A stretch of 64,000 nt of DNA, taken from positions 145,392,001 through 145,456,000 of the forward strand of contig CM059432.1 of NCBI GenBank assembly GCA_030390025.1, read 5' to 3'. The position numbers and the translations under genes are program-made. Source of the DNA: Squalus acanthias. Taxonomy: Eukaryota. The notes beneath the pieces were generated by a model. It was given only the letters and a program-made list of their open reading frames with translations, ran no database searches and was not told the DNA's origin. This document shows positions 13,201-24,452 of this stretch, one piece after another. Numbering within the stretch: position 1 is the first letter of the stretch; each line of letters starts with the position of its first letter.

Positions 13201-13639
13201 AGCGCTTCAGCTATGAAGAGAGACTGGACAGGCTGGGGTTGTTTTCCTTAGAGCAGAGAAGGCTGAGGGGGGACCTGATTGAGGTGTACAAAATTATGAG
13301 GGGCATAGATAGGGTAGATAGAAAGGAACTTTTCCCCTTAGTAGAGGGGTCAATAACAAGGGGCATAGTTTCAAGGTAAGGGGCAGGAGGTTTAGAGGGG
13401 ATTTGAGGAGAAACTTTTTCACCCAGAGGGTGGTTGGAATTTGGAACTCACTGCCTGAAAGGGTGGTAGAGGCAGGAACCCTCACAACATTCAAGAAGCA
13501 TTTAGATGAGCACTTGAAACGCCATAGCATACAAGGCTACAGACCAAGTGCTGGAAAATGGGATTAGAATAGACAGGGCTTGATGGCCGGCGCGGACACA
13601 ATGGGCCGAAGGACCTCTTTCTGTGCTGTGAAACTCTAT
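10293..13639 (+). mobile_element. CR1/HER1-like LINE, 5'-truncated: ORF1 SGNH-esterase end + disrupted ORF2 (APE + RT)
   Basis: HIGTN...ISGLLP...DGLHLN (ORF1); FNARS, ITETW, YYRPP, DFSKAFD, PQGSVLGP, FADD (ORF2) with stops and frameshifts; 8-bp (gactctat)n tail. Confidence 0.92.
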
Positions 13640-14380
13640 GGGGTAAAAATTCAGTTGGTTGCGCCTCCCGTTAGCGCCTTAAGAGGGCGCTAATGGGGCG
13701 CAAAGCCGCTAGCACCCGGGCGCAGCGATGTTTGCGCCGCTCGGGAACTTAACTAGACATTGTGCGGCGGCGCTAAACTTTACCGCTGCGACCACCTGCG
13801 CGCGCAGATTGTGACGTCATTCCATGGTGCAACGCCCTTGTGGCGCCCCGGAGCGGAAATTGAGTGGCGCCCCCTGCCTTACCGCCTGGCGCATCCAACG
13901 ACCAGAAGACTGGAACGCTATCAATCGCTGTGGGGCTGGGGGGGGCGCTATTTAAAGGGGGCCTCTTCCTGTCTTTTTCTGTGGTTGACATTTTTGCACC
14001 ACTCGTTCTGAGAGAGAGAGAGAGATTCGGAGAGAGAGAAAGAGAGACTTCTGCATTGAGTCAACGCTTTGTGAGGTAGTTTTGCCTACTGATCCTAACA
14101 GTTGGCCCCCCCCCCGCTTTAAGAACTGGCTGGCGCCAGTGTGTCTGTGTTCCCTCGCTAACTGGCAGCACCTGCGCTGCGCTTGCGCGCTGAGTTAGCG
14201 CCTCACTGCTCGGCCTTTGCGCCTTAAGACAGGTGTGCAGCGCCTGATTTAGCACTCCACTCACCTCCTGGGGCGGTAAAAGTGAAGTTTCCAGTCAGTG
14301 GCGATAATTAGCGCCAGGCGCTAATTTTTGCGTCCAGACGATATTTGCGCCCAAACGGGGCGCGACCTAATTTTTCCCCC
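13640..14380 (+). mobile_element. Non-autonomous Harbinger, internal-deletion derivative of the adjacent element
   Basis: TIRs ggggtaaaaatt / aatttttccccc, TSD TAT. Sequence corresponds to 14392-14852 joined to 18385-18664. Confidence 0.92.
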
Positions 14381-14904
14381 TATGACTCTATGGGGTAAAA
14401 ATTCAGTTGGTTGCACCTCCCGTTAGCGCCTTAAGAGAGTGCTAATGGGGCGCAAAGCCGCTAACGCCCGGGCACAGCGATGTTTGCGCCGCTCGGGAAC
14501 TTAACTAGAGATTGTGCGGCAGCGCTAAACCTTACCGCTGCGACCACCTGTGCGCGCAGATTGTGATGTCAATCCATGGTGCAACGCCCTTGTGGCGCCC
14601 CGGAGCGGAAATTGAGTGGCGCCCCCTGCCTTACCGCCTGGCGCATCCAACGACCGGAAGACTGGAACGCTATCAATCGCTGTGGGGCTGGGGGGGGCGC
14701 TATTTAAAGGGGGCCTCTTCCTATCTTTTTCTGTGGTGGACATTTTTGCACCACTCGTTCTGAGAGAGAGAGAGAGAGATTCGGAGAGAGAGAAAGAGAG
14801 ACTTCTGCATTGACTCAACGCTTTGTGAGGTAGTTTTGCCTACTGATCCTAACTTCGCTAGTACTTTAGTTGCTGTCCTTCATTACTTTGCTTGCAAAAA
14901 GACT

Positions 14905-16065
14905 ATGGGGGCTGCACTGATTGGGGGCGTCGTCCTGCTCCAGCTGAATCGGAGGACACAGAGACGCAGAGAGAGAGTGGCAATGATGGCCAGACGGAGG
15001 AGGGCCAACAGGCGTATGTACAGGAGAGCTTACCCTCCCAGGGTATATCGTGAACAGCTCTCCTACATTCATATGTCTGAGGAGCTGTGTTTGCGAAGGC
15101 TGCGATTCAGCAAGGAGGTGGTCACTGAGCTCTGCCACCTGCTGCAGCCAGATCTGCAGCCTCAACTGAGGTCCAGGACGTCTCTGTCGGTGGCAGTGAA
15201 GGTCACAGTGGCTCTCAACTTCTACGCTACTGGCTCATTTCAAGCTGCTGCTGGGGACCTCGCCAATATCTCCCAGTTCGCGGTGCATTGCTGTATCCGG
15301 CAGGTCACAAATGCCCTCTTTAAAAGGAGACGAGAGTTCATCTCTTTCCCCATGACCCCAGACAAGCAGCGTGACCGCGCTCTGGGCTTTGCGAGGATAG
15401 CGGGCTTCCCCATGGTGCAGGGCGCCATTGACTGCACGCATGTGGCTTTGCGTGCTCCGCATGAGAATGCCGAGGAATTCTGGAACAGAAAGGGGTTCCA
15501 TTCCTTGAATGTTCAGTTGGTCTGTGACCACAGACAGCTGATACTCGCTGTCAATGCCCACTATCCTGGCAGCTGCCACGATGCTTTTATCCTGCGCCAG
15601 ACTACTGTGGCAGAACTTTTCGAGGCACCGCATCAGCCAGTTGGTTGGCTTCTCGGGGACAAGGGGTATGCATTGAGCACCTGGCTGATGACACCGCTCC
15701 GTACGCCCAACACCCCTGCTGAGCTGCGGTACAATGAGAGCCATCAAGCTACCAGGAACATAATTGAGCGCACAATCGGCGTGCTGAAGCAACGGTTCCG
15801 CTGTCTCGACCATTCTGGAGGAGCCCTGCAGTACTCGCCTGAGCGAGTATCCAACTTCGTAGTTGTGTGCTGCATGTTGCATAACATGGCAATCCTCAGG
15901 ACCCAGCCAATGCCACCAGGCCTTGGAGCACCACCAGAGGAGGAGGAGGAAGAGGAGGAAGAGGACGAGGAGGATGATCATCAGCAGCACCAAGGCGGGA
16001 GGGCGGCCCACAATTGTCAAACTGCAAGGGCCGTCCGTCAACGGCTGATAGCAAGCCGCTTCTAG
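14905..16065 (+). CDS. Harbinger DDE transposase (386 aa from first ATG), uninterrupted
   Basis: GAIDCTH, NRKGFHSLNVQ, PGSCHDA, LLGDKGY, IERTIGVLKQRFRCL, CCMLHN motifs. Confidence 0.95.
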   Translation: MGAALIGGVVLLQLNRRTQRRRERVAMMARRRRANRRMYRRAYPPRVYREQLSYIHMSEELCLRRLRFSKEVVTELCHLLQPDLQPQLRSRTSLSVAVKVTVALNFYATGSFQAAAGDLANISQFAVHCCIRQVTNALFKRRREFISFPMTPDKQRDRALGFARIAGFPMVQGAIDCTHVALRAPHENAEEFWNRKGFHSLNVQLVCDHRQLILAVNAHYPGSCHDAFILRQTTVAELFEAPHQPVGWLLGDKGYALSTWLMTPLRTPNTPAELRYNESHQATRNIIERTIGVLKQRFRCLDHSGGALQYSPERVSNFVVVCCMLHNMAILRTQPMPPGLGAPPEEEEEEEEEDEEDDHQQHQGGRAAHNCQTARAVRQRLIASRF

Positions 16066-16377
16066 GGCCCCTGCTGTGGAAATGGCTTCTGCCATTGCTA
16101 ACAACATCAATGAACCCAGCACGCAACCCCTAAGCCGGCCAAGGCACCAATAATTCCAACCACCAACCATGTATATTTTGAATACAGAAACTTATTTATT
16201 TTACAAACTCTGTGTGTGTCAATTCCTCATGACAAACTCATAGAAATAAACACAAAAAAACAGTCAATAACATAACTGGTTCTCACAACCTGGAGATAAT
16301 GTCCAAAACACTAAACAAAAGTTGGACCATGAACCTCGACCTTTAATAAAAAAATGACCAGCATTTTGTCACACCTC

Positions 16378-17354
16378 CTACTTTTTGCCCTTCGAGGGTG
16401 ATCTCCTTCCCTTGCGCACTTCCCCCCTTCTAACCCTACTGCTCCTCCGTAATGGGACCTCAGTGGCTGCAGCAAGGCTGGTGGAAGGCTGCTGCTCGTC
16501 AGACCCTGACACTGCAGATGCCCCTGAAGGACGGCCTCGACCAGTTCTGGGCCTGGAGGGCCCGGCTGCAGACTGCACCAACTCTGCATGGGCGGCAGCA
16601 GTCTGTCCTACAGGCGGTGGCAAGTGCAGTGGAGAAGTGACAGTGTTGGCAGCAGGAATGCTGTCATCGTGAGAGAGGACAGCAACTCCCTGCTCGCCCG
16701 ACACACTGGCACTCCCACGGGGCAGCACTTCAGCATCCGGAGCAATCTGCTGGAGAACAGATTGCTGGCCTGCTGCGGCTCGGTGACAGCCCCGGGGACA
16801 TGTGAACGAACCATCGAGGTTGGCAGCAGTCTGTGCTCGCGTGGCCTCAATCTGAGTCTGCATGAGAGCAGTCAGAGATGGGATCACGGCAGCCAGTGAC
16901 TGAATTGCAGCACTAAGCGTTAGTGTGGCATCCGCCTGTGCTACAGTGAAGTGCTCCACACTGCTTGCCAGTGACTCAATGCATTCGGGCACCCTTCCCA
17001 CTGCACCCATGAGCTCAGTGTGCATGCCCACCGCCTGGGTGTTCATTTCTGCGATCAGCCACTCCTCCTCTGCGTCCATTGCAGTAGGAGTGTCTGGCAT
17101 ACTCTCCCTCTGGGGAGAAGGCCCCCGTTCTTCCCTACCCCCATGGCGTTGCTGCAGCCCGCTGGGTCCTGGAGCTTCACCCTCATCAGACCCTTCCCCC
17201 CTGCTCCCCTCCAGGGAAGGCGTGTTCCCAGTGTGGGCATGGGCTTCCTCGGGAGAGGGTGGCACTGATGCTCCGGCTTCCTCTTCCTCCTCGGCTGCAG
17301 CTTCACTCCCAGTGGCAGCTTCAGGGCCCGTCTCCTCAGCTGGTGAATCACCAT
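16378..17354 (-). CDS. Harbinger Myb/SANT-like protein, exon 3
   Basis: Acceptor ctgctttcag|AT, phase 1, in frame with ORF 16378-17265; ends in basic tail RRSSRVRRGEVRKGRRSPSKGKK*. Confidence 0.8.
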
Positions 17355-17513
17355 CTGAAAGCAGGGAGGTACAAGAGTGGCTTTAGCGTGAGGACAGGGT
17401 GGCAGTAAGGGAGGAATAAGTGCAGCGAGTTAGCAAGTTGGATTGAAAGTGTCAAAGGCTGGTGTTGTGAGGGACAAGTGGAAGGACAGAGGACAAAAAG
17501 GTGATGACCTTAC

Positions 17514-17676
17514 CATTGCTGTCCAGAACGGGGTCGGCGTCTCCAGTGGCGACGGGACCGATCACCCGGCTTGCCACAATCCTGTGGACGCGCTCCTCAA
17601 GATCGCTGAGGGGTTGCAGCTGAGGCCGCCCTCCACCTGTCCGTTGCTGCTGTCTCCGATTATGCGCCAGCTTGGC
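17514..17676 (-). CDS. Harbinger Myb/SANT-like protein, exon 2
   Basis: ttcttgcag|AKLAHNRRQQQRTGGGRP...LDSN G|gtaagg; TGGG motif typical of this family. Confidence 0.85.
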
Positions 17677-17710
17677 CTGCAAGAAAAAGGACAGCATCTG
17701 AGTAAATATA

Positions 17711-17928
17711 CAGCCATGGTCTTGCCTGATGTGCCTCCCATAGGTGAATAGCCCTTACTGTATGCAGCCATGGTCTTGCCTGATGTGCCTCCCATAGGTG
17801 AATAGCCCTTACTGTATGCAGCCATGGTCTTGCCTGATGTGCCTCCCATAGGTGAATAGCCCTTACTGTATGCAGCCATGGTCTTGCCTGATGTGCCTCC
17901 CATAGGTGAATAGCCCTTACTGTATGCA
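17711..17928. repeat. Four identical 54-bp tandem repeats in intron 1 of the Myb gene
   Basis: Units start at 17711, 17765, 17819, 17873; no spacers. Confidence 0.95.
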
Positions 17929-18068
17929 AAGTGTGGAATGTGTGTGTGTGTTTCATGAAAGGGCCATAGGTGTTGGATGAGTGTTGTGCATTGGGGTTTT
18001 AAGACCCTCTGGCCATAGAGTGAGGTTGAGATGGAGGGATGGAGAGGTATTGAGAAAAAGCCACTCAC

Positions 18069-18305
18069 CCTGACGACCCAAGTGAGGTCGTTGAACTTTT
18101 TGCGGCATTGAGTATGGGTCCTGGGCACCATGCTCCTGGAGGAGACGCTCTGAGCCACCTCCCTCCACACTCTTCTGAACTCGCGTGGCAAAGGCCTCCT
18201 GCCACTCTCAGGGAAGAGTATACATCTTCTGCGCTCCACCGCGCCAACCAGAGCATCCAAGGCCCGCTCGGTGAAGCGATGAGCTCGTTCTCTCTCCCTC
18301 TCCAT
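18069..18305 (-). CDS. Harbinger Myb/SANT-like protein, exon 1 (trihelix DNA-binding domain)
   Basis: MERERERAHRFTERALDALV...WREVAQSVSS...RTHTQCRKKFNDL, donor AGG|gtgagt. Confidence 0.88.
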
Positions 18306-18677
18306 CCTTGGCAGCAAAATGGATTCACAGGTCTCTCCAGGCCGAGATTCAAGGCTGCAATGAGCAGGGTGTGGCTGGGGAGCAAGTTGGCCCCCCCCGC
18401 TTTAAGAAGTGGCCGGCGCCAGTGTGTCTGTGTTCCCTCGCTAACTGGCAGCAGCTGTGCTGCGCTCGCGCGCTGAGTTAGTGCCTCACTGCTCGGCCTT
18501 TGCGCCTTAAGACAGGTGTGCAGCGCCTGATTTAGCGCTCCACTCACCTCCCGGGGCGGTAAAAGTGAAGTTTCCAGTCAGTGGCGATAATTAGTGCCAG
18601 GCGCTAATATTTGCGTCCAGACGATATTTGCGCCCCAAATGGGGCGCGACCTAATTTTTCCCCCTGTGACTCTATGT

Positions 18678-19723
18678 CAAGGGCAGTCACTTCTGGAATT
18701 CAGCTCCTTTGTCCATGTTTGGACCAAGGCTGTAATGAGGTCAGGAACCGAGTGGTCTTGGTGGAACCCAAACTGGGCATCAGTGAGCAGGTTATTGGTG
18801 AGTAAGTGCCGCTTGATAGCACTGTTGATGACACCTTCCATCACTTTGCTGATGATTTAGAGTAGACTAATGGGGCGGTAATTGGCCGGATTGGATTTAT
18901 CCTGCTTTTTGTGGACAGGACATACCTGGGCAGTTTTCCACATTGTCGGATAGATGCCAGTGTTGTAGCTGTACTGGAACAGCATGGCGAGAGGCGCGGC
19001 TAGTTCTGGAGCACAAGTCTTCAGCATGATAGCCGGGATGTTGTCGGGGCCCATAGCCTTTGCTGTATCCAGTCCGCTCAGCCGTTTCTTGATATTACGT
19101 GGAGTGAATCGAATTGGCTGAGGACTGGCTTCTGTGATGGTGGGGACCTCAGGAGTAGGCCGACATGGATCATCCACCCGGCACTTCTGGCTGAAGATGG
19201 TTGCAAACGCTTCAGCCTTGTCTTTTGCACTCACGTGCTGGGCTCCACCATCATTGAGGATGGGGATATTCATGGAGCCTGCTCCTCCTGTTAGTTGTTT
19301 AATGGTCCACCACCATTCACAACTGGATGTGGCAGGACTGCAGAGCTTTGATCTGATCCGTTGATTGTGGGATTGCTTAGCCCTGTCTATAGCATGCTGC
19401 TTCCGCTTTTTAGCATGCATGTAGTCCTGTGTTACAGCTTCCCCAGGTTGGCACCTCATTTTTAGGTACGCCTGGTGCTGCTCCTGGTATGTTCTTCTAC
19501 ACTCCTTATTGAACCAAGGTTGGTCCCCTGGCTTGATGGTAATGGTAGAGTGAGGGATATGCCGGGCCATGAGGTTACAGATTATAGTGGAATACAATTC
19601 TGCTGCTGCTGATGGCCCACAGCGCCTCATGGATTGCCCAGTTTTGAGCTGCTAGGTCTGTTCTGAATCTATCCCATTTAGCATGGTGGTAGTGCCACAC
19701 AACACAATGGAGGGTGTCCTCAG
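18678..19723 (-). mobile_element. LINE A middle segment (linker + RT N-terminus)
   Basis: ORF 18857-19630 with KAMGPDNIP, NYRPISLL; sequence resumes where it broke at 10292 (ccttgatgt|caagggcag). Confidence 0.9.
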
Positions 19724-20195
19724 TTAGGGAGTTAGGAGGTAAATTAAAAAATAGGACCTCAAAGGTAGTAATCTCAGGATTGCTACCGGTGCCACGTGCT
19801 AGTCAGAGTAGAAATAGAAGGATATTTCAGATGAATACATGGCTAGAGGAATGGTGCAAGGGGGAGGGATTCAAATTCCTGGGACATTGGAACCGGTTCT
19901 GGGGGAGGTGGGACCAGTACAAACTGGACGGTATGCAGCTGGGCAGGACCGGGACCAATGTCCTAGGGGGAGTGTTTGCTAATGCTGTTGGGGAGGGTTT
20001 AAACTAAAATGGTAGGGGGTTGGGAACCTGTGCAGGGAAACAGAGGAAAGGGAAGCAAGGATAGAAGCAAAAGACAGGAAGGAGAAAAGCAAAAGTGGAA
20101 GGCAGAGAAATCAAGGGTGTAAATCAAACAGGGCTACAGTAAATAATAATTCTAAAAGGACTAAGAGTGTTAAAAAAACAAGCCTTAAAGGCTTT

Positions 20196-20953
20196 GGGCT
20201 GGATTTTGTCTTGGGGTCGTGTTACCTGCATTTCATGTTGACCCCCGACTCCAGATTAATGTGGATGAATGATGCAATTTTCACTTAATTGGGTAATTGA
20301 GTTCCAGCATGTGGGAACCCATGAACCAATTAGTGGTTTCTGTCTGAAAGTCGCCTGTGATGATGTCATCATTGCAAGTCAGCGACTGACTGCCTGGTCT
20401 CAGAGACTGCCTGGCTTTTGGTGTGAGAGGACCTGGATGCAAAATGAGCAGCAGCTCCAAGGAGAGAGAGAGAGAGAGGGGGGTGGGGAGAGAGAGAGAG
20501 AGAGAGAGAGAGAATTTTTTTTGCATCCAGGTCCTCTCACAGCAAAGGCCAGGCAGTTTCTGAAGACATTCAATGCAGCAGCATCAGAGGCGACTTTCAG
20601 ACCTAATACTACTACTACCTTCATCACATCTCCATTGTAATAGTGGACCTGCAGCTGATAGTCAGCTATCCACTTGTGCTCCCGCCAGGTTTCACTGGCG
20701 TGTTTCACATCAGGCGTACTTCATGTCGGAAAAGGGTTAAACTAGCTAAAATGTTTCAAAATGGCATTACAGAGCCAATTTAGGGCTTGTTAAGGGCTTT
20801 AATAGCCTCTCCCGCCTCTTGGAGGCGGGAACCCCGCGACCGATTTTGTCAAAATTGCGTGGAGGCGGAATGGGGTCGGGACCCCCGAATCTGCAACTTT
20901 GACCCCCCACACGCCTCCAAACCCGACTCCACGGGTCATTGAAAATCCAGCCC
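20196..20953. mobile_element. Harbinger-type MITE
   Basis: TIR gggctggatttt / aaaatccagccc, TSD TTT; removing it restores the CR1 sequence. Confidence 0.85.
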
Positions 20954-21166
20954 TTTGTGTCTTAATGCGAGGAGCATTCGTAATAAGGTGGATGAATTAG
21001 CTGCTCAAATAGATGTTAACGGATATGATATAATTGGGATTACGGAGACATGGCTCCAGGGTGACCAAGGCTGGGAATTCAACATCCAGGGGTATTCAAT
21101 ATTCAGGAAGGACAGACAAAAAGGAAAAGGAGGTGGGGTAGCATTGCTGGTTAAAGAGGAGATTAA

Positions 21167-21432
21167 ACATAGAAACATAGAATCTAGGAGCAGGAGTAGG
21201 CCATTCGGCCCATCGAAACTGCTCCGCCATTCAATACGATCATGGCTGATCATCCAAATCCAGTACCCTGTCCCTGCTTTAATCCCCACAGTACACATAT
21301 CCCACCCTACCCCTGTAACCCCACGTATTTAATTCCCCCTAACATATCCCATCCTATCCCCATAACCCCACATATTTAATCCCCCCTAACACTAAGGGTC
21401 AATTTATCATAGCCAAATCAACCTAACCCACA
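21167..21432 (-). mobile_element. 5'-truncated SINE with CR1-type tail (HE1/V-SINE-like)
   Basis: 3' part is the reverse complement of the CR1 tail at 24340-24450; 5' part has ggttaggttgatttggctatgataaattgacccttagtgt; flanked by attaa. Confidence 0.6.
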
Positions 21433-21460
21433 CATTAACACAATAGTAAGGAAGGATATT

Positions 21461-21799
21461 TTATCCACCCTTTTATTTGTCCCCCCCACCTTTTTTTTTC
21501 CTCCTAGAAGCTGGCAGCTGTCCTTCATTCTGCCAGTGGATTTCACACTTCATTCAGCCTTAATCTGTCACATTAACACCACCTCTAGCCTTGCATATCT
21601 CTTAATGTCTCTTCATCTCCTCCTTTGTTCCTTTATCCCCTCCCCCTTTTCCCAGCTTTACCCTGGCCTTAAATCTATTTGATTTCCAGCTCTTCCCAGT
21701 TCTGATGAAAGGTCATCGACCTGAAACGTCAACTCTCTTTCTCTCTCTACGGATGCTGCCTGGCCTGCTGAGTTTTTCCAGCGTTTTCTGTTGTTATTT
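21461..21799 (+). mobile_element. Non-autonomous Penelope-related short element with hammerhead motif
   Basis: TSD aggatatt; 3' end matches the PLE terminus at 34100-34205. Confidence 0.75.
21698..21734 (+). ncRNA. Minimal type I hammerhead ribozyme motif
   Basis: AGTT-CTGATGA-a-AGGTC(atc)GACCT-GAAA-C-GTC-AACT: complete core, stems I and II, palindromic ACGT stem III, GUC cleavage triplet. Confidence 0.7.
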
Positions 21800-24452
21800 A
21801 GGATATTAGCTCTGATGATGTGGAATCTGTATGGGTAGAGCTGAGAAATACCAAGGGGCAGAAAACGTTAGTGGGAGTTGTATACAGACCCCCAAACAGT
21901 AATGCTGAGGTTGGGGATGGCATTAAATGGGAAATTAGAGACGCGTGCAATAAGGGCACAGCAGTTATCATGGGTGACTTTAATCTACATATACATTGGG
22001 CTAACCAAATTAGTAACGATACTGTGGAGGAGGAATTCCTAGAGTGTATACGGGATGGTTTTCTGGACCAATATGTCGAGGAACCAACTAGAGATCAGGC
22101 CATCTTAGACTGGGTATTATGTAATGAGAAAGGATTAATTCGCAATCTTGTTGTGCGAGGCCCCTTGGGGAGGAGCGATCATAATACGATAGAATTCTTC
22201 ATTAAGATGGAGAGTGAAGTAGTTGACTCAGAGACTAGGGTCCTGAATTTAAATAAAGGAAACTACGATGGTATGAGACGCGAGTTGGCTAGGATGGATT
22301 GGGGAGCGTTACTTAAAGGGTTGACGGTGGATAGGCAATGGCACACATTTAAAGATCGCATGGATGAACTACAGAATTTGTTCATCCCTGTTTGGCATAA
22401 AAATAAAACAAAAAAGGTGACTCAACCGTGGTTAACAAGGGATATTAGGGATAGCATAAGATCCAAGGAGAGGATTTATAAATTGGCCAGAAAAAGCAGC
22501 AAACCTGACGATTGGGAGCAGTTTAGGATTCAGCAAAGGAGGACAAAGGGATTAATTAAGAGGGGGAAAATAGAATATGAGAGTAAGTTTTCAGGGAACA
22601 TAAAAACTGACTGTAAAAGCTTCTATAGATATGTGAAGAGAAAAAGATTGGTGAAGTCAAGCGTAGGTCCCTTGCAGCCAGAATCAGGGGAATTTATAAT
22701 GGGGAACAAAGAAATGGCAGACCAATTAAATACATACTTTGGTTCTGTCTTCACAAAGGAGGACACAAATAAACTCCAAGAGATGTCGGGGAACACAGGG
22801 TCTAATGAGAGGGAGGAATTGAATGAAATCAGTATTTGTAGGGAAATGGTGTTTGGGAAATTGACGGGATTGAAGGCCGATAAATCCCCAGGGCCTGATA
22901 ATCTACATCCTAGGGTACTTAAGGAAGTGGCCCTAGAAATAGTAGATGCATCGCTGGTCATCTTTCAAAATTCTATAGACTCTGGAACAGTTCCCATGGA
23001 TTGGAGGGTAGCTAATGTAACCCCACTATTTAAAAAAGGTGGTAGAGAGAAAATGGGTAAGCCTGACATCGGTAGTGGGCAAAATGCTAGAGTCCATTAT
23101 AAAAGATGTAATAGCAGAGCACTTGCAAAACAGTGACAGGATCGGACAAAGTCAACATGGATTTACAAAAGGTAAATCATGCCTGACTAATCTACTGGAA
23201 TTTTTTGAGGATGTAACTGGTAGAATAGATAAGGGAGAACCAGTGGATGTGGTGTATTTGGACTTTCAGAAGGCTTTCGATAAGGTCCCGCATAAGAGAT
23301 TAGCGTGCAAAGTTAAAGCACATGGGATTGGGGGTAAGGTACTGATTTGGATAGAGAACTGGTTGGCAGACAGGAAGCAAAGAGTTGGAATAAACGGGTC
23401 TTTTTCCGAGTGGCAGGCAGTGACTAGTGGGGTACCGCAGGGATCGGTGCTAGGACCCCAGCTATTCACAATATATATTAATGATCTAGACGAGGGAACT
23501 AGATGTAATATCTCTAAGTTTGCAGATGACACAAAGCTGGGTGGGCGTGTGTGCTGTGAGGAGGATGCAGAGAAACTCCAGTATGATTTGAACAGGTTGG
23601 GTGATTGGGCAGATGCATGGCAGATGCAGTATAATGTGTATAAACGTGAGGTTATCCACTTTGGTGGCAAAAACAGGAAGACAGATTATTATCTGAATGG
23701 CAATAGATTGGGAAAAGGGGGAGTGCAACGAGATCTGGGAGTCCTTGTGCACCAGTCGCTTTAGGTAAGCATGCAGGTGCAGCAGGCGGTTAAGAAGGCA
23801 AATGGTATGTTGGCCTTCATAGCGAGAGGATTCGAGTACAGGTGCAAGGATGTCTTGCTGCAGTTGTACAAGGCCTTGGTGAGACCACACCTTGAGTATT
23901 GTGTGCAGTTTTGGTCACCTTATCTGAGGAAGGATGTTCTTGCCATGGAGGGAGTGCAGCGAAGATTTACCAGACCTATACCTGGGATGGCAGGAATGAC
24001 GTATGAAGAGAGATTGGGTCGATTAGGCTTATATTCGCTAGAGTTTAGAAGAATGAGAGGGGATCTCATTGAAACTTATAAAATTCTAACAGGACTAGAC
24101 AGACTAAATGCAGGAAGGATGTTCCCGATGGCGAGGGAGTCCAGAACCAGAGGTCACAGTCTAAGGATAAGGGGTAAGCCATTTAGGACTGAGATGAGGA
24201 GGAATTTCTTCACCCAGAGAGTGGTGAACCTGTGGAATTCTCTACCACAGAAGGCAGTTGAGGCCAATTCATTAAATATATTCAAGAAGGAGATAGATAT
24301 ATTTCTTAAGGCTAAATGGATCAAGGGATATGGGGAGAAAGCAGGGACAGGGTACTGAATTTGGATGATCAGCCATGATCTCATTGAATGGCGGAGCAGG
24401 CTAGAGGGGCCGAATGGCCTACTCCTGCTCCTATCTTCTATGCTTCTATGCT

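Larger units (their letters stand above)
14392..18664 (+). mobile_element. Full-length autonomous PIF/Harbinger DNA transposon
   Basis: TIRs, 3-bp TSD TAT/TGT, convergent transposase and Myb/SANT genes. Confidence 0.95.
19724..24452 (+). mobile_element. Second CR1/HER1-like LINE (ORF1 end + disrupted ORF2) carrying three nested insertions
   Basis: ISGLLP ORF1 remnant; LNARSIRNK, ITETW, GDFN, SDHN, DFQKAFD, FADD; (ttctatgc)n tail. Confidence 0.92.

Noticed and set aside
17711..17928. Possible CRISPR array
   Set aside because: Head-to-tail identical units with no spacers, no cas genes, and a eukaryotic intron context.
14905..18305. Domesticated HARBI1/NAIF1 host genes
   Set aside because: Flanked by TIRs and a TSD, inserted within a LINE tail and accompanied by deletion derivatives, so it is a transposon.
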